NCBI GenBank assembly: GCA_965217865.1
Contig: CBDCJO010000002.1
Location: 3,424,001 to 3,488,000 of the forward strand
Direction of reading: 5' to 3'
Origin: Candidatus Latescibacterota bacterium
Lineage (GTDB): Bacteria > Latescibacterota > UBA2968 > SICM01
Length of the DNA: 64,000 bases
The position numbers were made by a program, and so were the translations under genes. How positions within the stretch are numbered: the first letter of the stretch is position 1; the number at the start of each line of letters is the position of its first letter. Of the stretch, positions 61,798 to 64,000 are shown in pieces. The notes below the pieces were generated by a model. The model was not told the origin of the DNA and did not search any database. It saw only the letters and a program-made list of their open reading frames with translations.

Positions 61798-63221
61798 GCG
61801 GAAACGCTCCTCAGGCCATCCCGGCATCGTCCTCCAATGGAACCGGGACCCTTCGCTGCGCCATCTACACGCGCAAGTCCACCGGTGAGGGACTCGAGCA
61901 GACCTTCAACAGCCTGGACGCCCAACGGGAATCGGCCGAGGCCTGCACCGCCAGCCAACGGCAGGAGGGCTGGGTCTGCCTTGCCGGACGCTACGACGAC
62001 GGCGGCTTCACCGGCGGGAACATGGAGCGGCCCGCACTCGAACGGCTCCTGACCGGCGTCGAGGCCGGCGCGATCGACTGCGTGGTGGTCTACAAGGTGG
62101 ACCGGCTGAGCCGGTCGCTGCTGGACTTCGCCCGCATCATGGAGCGGTTCGACCGGCACGGGGTGAGCTTCGTCTCGGTCACACAGCAGTTCAACACGAC
62201 CAGCTCGATGGGGCGGCTCACCTTGAACATCCTGCTGTCGTTCGCCCAGTTCGAGCGGGAGATCATCTCCGAGCGCACCCGGGACAAAATGTCGGCGGCG
62301 CGGCGCAGGGGAAAGTGGGTCGGGGGTCTGCCGGTGCTGGGGTATGACGTGGCCCCTGGGGGTGGGCGGCTGATCGTCAACGCGGAGGAAGCGGCGCGGG
62401 TCCGGGCGATCTATCACCTCTACCTGGACCACAAGGCCTTGATCCCGGTCGTCCGGGAGATCGACCGCCGGGGATGGCGGACGAAACGCTGGACGACCAG
62501 GAAAGGCATCGAGCGAGGCGGCAACCCCTTCACGAAGAACAGCCTGCACCGGCTGCTGACCAACGTCATCTATGCGGGGAAGGTGAACTACAAAGGCTGC
62601 CTCTACGAGGGGGAACACGACGCCCTGGTTGACGCCGGCCTGTGGCAGCGGGTCCAGGACGCGCTCCGCACGAACGCCCGCACCGGAGGCAGGGAGGTGC
62701 GCAACAAATACGAAGCGTTGCTCAAGGGGTTGCTGTCCTGCACACCGTGCGGGACGGGCATGGCGCACGTCTGTACCGGCAGGAACGGAAAACGCTACCG
62801 TTATTACGTCTGCCGGAATGCCCGGCAGCGGGGCCGGTCGTCGTGTCCGGGCAGGTCCCTCAACGCCCACCAGATCGAAACCGCGGTGGTGGAGCACGTC
62901 CGCGGCATCGGGATGAACCAACAGGCCGTGGTGGCCACGGTGGCCAAAGCGCGGGAACAGCGGCTGACCGCTCTCCGGGAAGAGGCTCCCGCTCTTGAGC
63001 GGGAAGCCGTGGATGAAAGCGACCTGGCCCGGGCCCTGGAGATCTTCGACCCGGTCTGGGCGACGCTGGCCCCGCGGGAGCAGGCCCGGAGACTCCGGCT
63101 GCTCATCGAGCGGGTCGGCTACGACGGACGGCACGGCACGGTGACCGTCACCTTTCGCCCACCCGGCATCGAGGCGCTGTGCCGGAAGGCGGGTCTCGAC
63201 GGACAGGAGGTCATGCGATGA
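61794..63221 (+). CDS. large serine recombinase (coiled coil possibly shortened)
   Basis: CAIYTRKS, DDGGFTGG..ERP, YKVDRLSRS, FAQFERE, C..C...YY.C Zn ribbon. Confidence 0.92.
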   Translation: MSGNAPQAIPASSSNGTGTLRCAIYTRKSTGEGLEQTFNSLDAQRESAEACTASQRQEGWVCLAGRYDDGGFTGGNMERPALERLLTGVEAGAIDCVVVYKVDRLSRSLLDFARIMERFDRHGVSFVSVTQQFNTTSSMGRLTLNILLSFAQFEREIISERTRDKMSAARRRGKWVGGLPVLGYDVAPGGGRLIVNAEEAARVRAIYHLYLDHKALIPVVREIDRRGWRTKRWTTRKGIERGGNPFTKNSLHRLLTNVIYAGKVNYKGCLYEGEHDALVDAGLWQRVQDALRTNARTGGREVRNKYEALLKGLLSCTPCGTGMAHVCTGRNGKRYRYYVCRNARQRGRSSCPGRSLNAHQIETAVVEHVRGIGMNQQAVVATVAKAREQRLTALREEAPALEREAVDESDLARALEIFDPVWATLAPREQARRLRLLIERVGYDGRHGTVTVTFRPPGIEALCRKAGLDGQEVMR

Positions 63222-63616
63222 GCGGTCGCCCATCCGATGCAACCCGGGCCGGACCCGGACCCCTGGAAGTATCCTTCACGTTCCAGCCCGGAAACGGCCG
63301 GTCCACGACCGATCAGCTAGCCGACCTGCAGGATCGAATCCGCAGCCCGGAACAACTCGTAACCGCCATTCGGGAGGAGGTTATTGCGCTGGAACGGGAG
63401 GCCGTCGGCGAAGGCGAATTGTCCCAGGCCCTGGCCCACTTCGATCCGGTCTGGGAGTCGCTGTCGCCCCGCGAGCAGTCGCGCATCATCCGGGTACTGG
63501 TTGAGCGGATCGGCTACGACGGGCGTGACGGCACGGTGACCGTGGCTTTTCGCTTCCTGGGCATCAAGGCCCTCTGCACCGAGGCGGCCGTCACCGGCGC
63601 GGAGGACACGGCATGA
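63218..63616 (+). pseudogene. chimera: accessory-gene 5' end fused to a second serine-recombinase C-terminus
   Basis: C-terminal ~90 aa paralogous to the end of 61794-63221 (FDPVW..L.PREQ.R..R.L.ER.GYDGR.GTVTV.FR). Confidence 0.75.
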
Positions 63617-64000
63617 GAGACCTCGCATACGACGCCGCGACCACGAGGCCGAGTCCGCTGGAAGTCTCCTTCACCTTCCAGCCCGCCAACGACCGCAGCA
63701 ACGGCAAGCACCCGGACCCAAAGCGTCGAACCGGGGAACGTGCCGCGCATCTCGAGGCTCATGGCTCTGGCCATCCGTTTCGACGGTCTGGTCCGGCGCG
63801 GCGAAGTGCGGGACTACGCGGACCTGGCGCGCCTCGGCTACGTGACGCGGGCCCGGATCACGCAGATCATGAACCTGCTCAACCTCGCGCCCAACATTCA
63901 GGAGGCGTTGCTCTTCCTGCCTCACACACTAATGGGACGCGATCCCATCCGGGAGAAAGACGTCCGTCCCATCACTCGTGTCCCGCACTGGAGCCGCCAG
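63613..64000 (+). pseudogene. recombinase-associated accessory HTH protein, frameshifted near 63700, runs off the window
   Basis: VPRISRLMALAIRFD...DYADLARLG.VTRAR.TQIMNLLNLAP.IQE lies in frame +1 relative to ATG63613. Confidence 0.7.

Overview
GC-rich bacterial chromosome segment; Candidatus Latescibacterota or an FCB relative is my inference from protein families only. 1-49 kb is mostly core and accessory metabolism: a decayed type IV pilus remnant, purQ, HU, glnA, a CoxMSL-like Mo-hydroxylase with MoaD, pepA, LytS/LytTR, hemW, thrB, Wza/Wzz-like genes, ispH, a 1.57-kaa NHL/FG-GAP surface protein, BpsA-like and DUF2156 genes, and tsaC. Heptamer and REP-like intergenic repeats are scattered through it. 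Two IS elements stand out. (i) An IS110/IS1111-type element (40212-42125) splits an alanine:cation symporter. It carries a ~280-nt, highly structured downstream non-coding region with two stem-internal-loop modules whose loops partly match the element's own ends and the insertion target, i.e. a bridge-RNA candidate. Rejoining its ends creates a TTGACT-17-TATATT promoter. (ii) An IS1-family element (43478-45029, 8-bp TSD) carries passengers, including an unannotated 39-aa basic ORF enclosed by perfect 13-bp inverted repeats. 49.4-64 kb is a heavily deleted defence/mobile island: IS1595 transposase, Panacea antitoxin plus partner, SNF2 helicase remnant, ATPase-TOPRIM (PARIS-like) fusion, IS3/IS256/integrase scraps, an orphan type I-E CRISPR mini-array and DUF2924-serine recombinase modules. 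No tRNA, rRNA or cas genes were seen. All family assignments come from motif recognition, not database searches.
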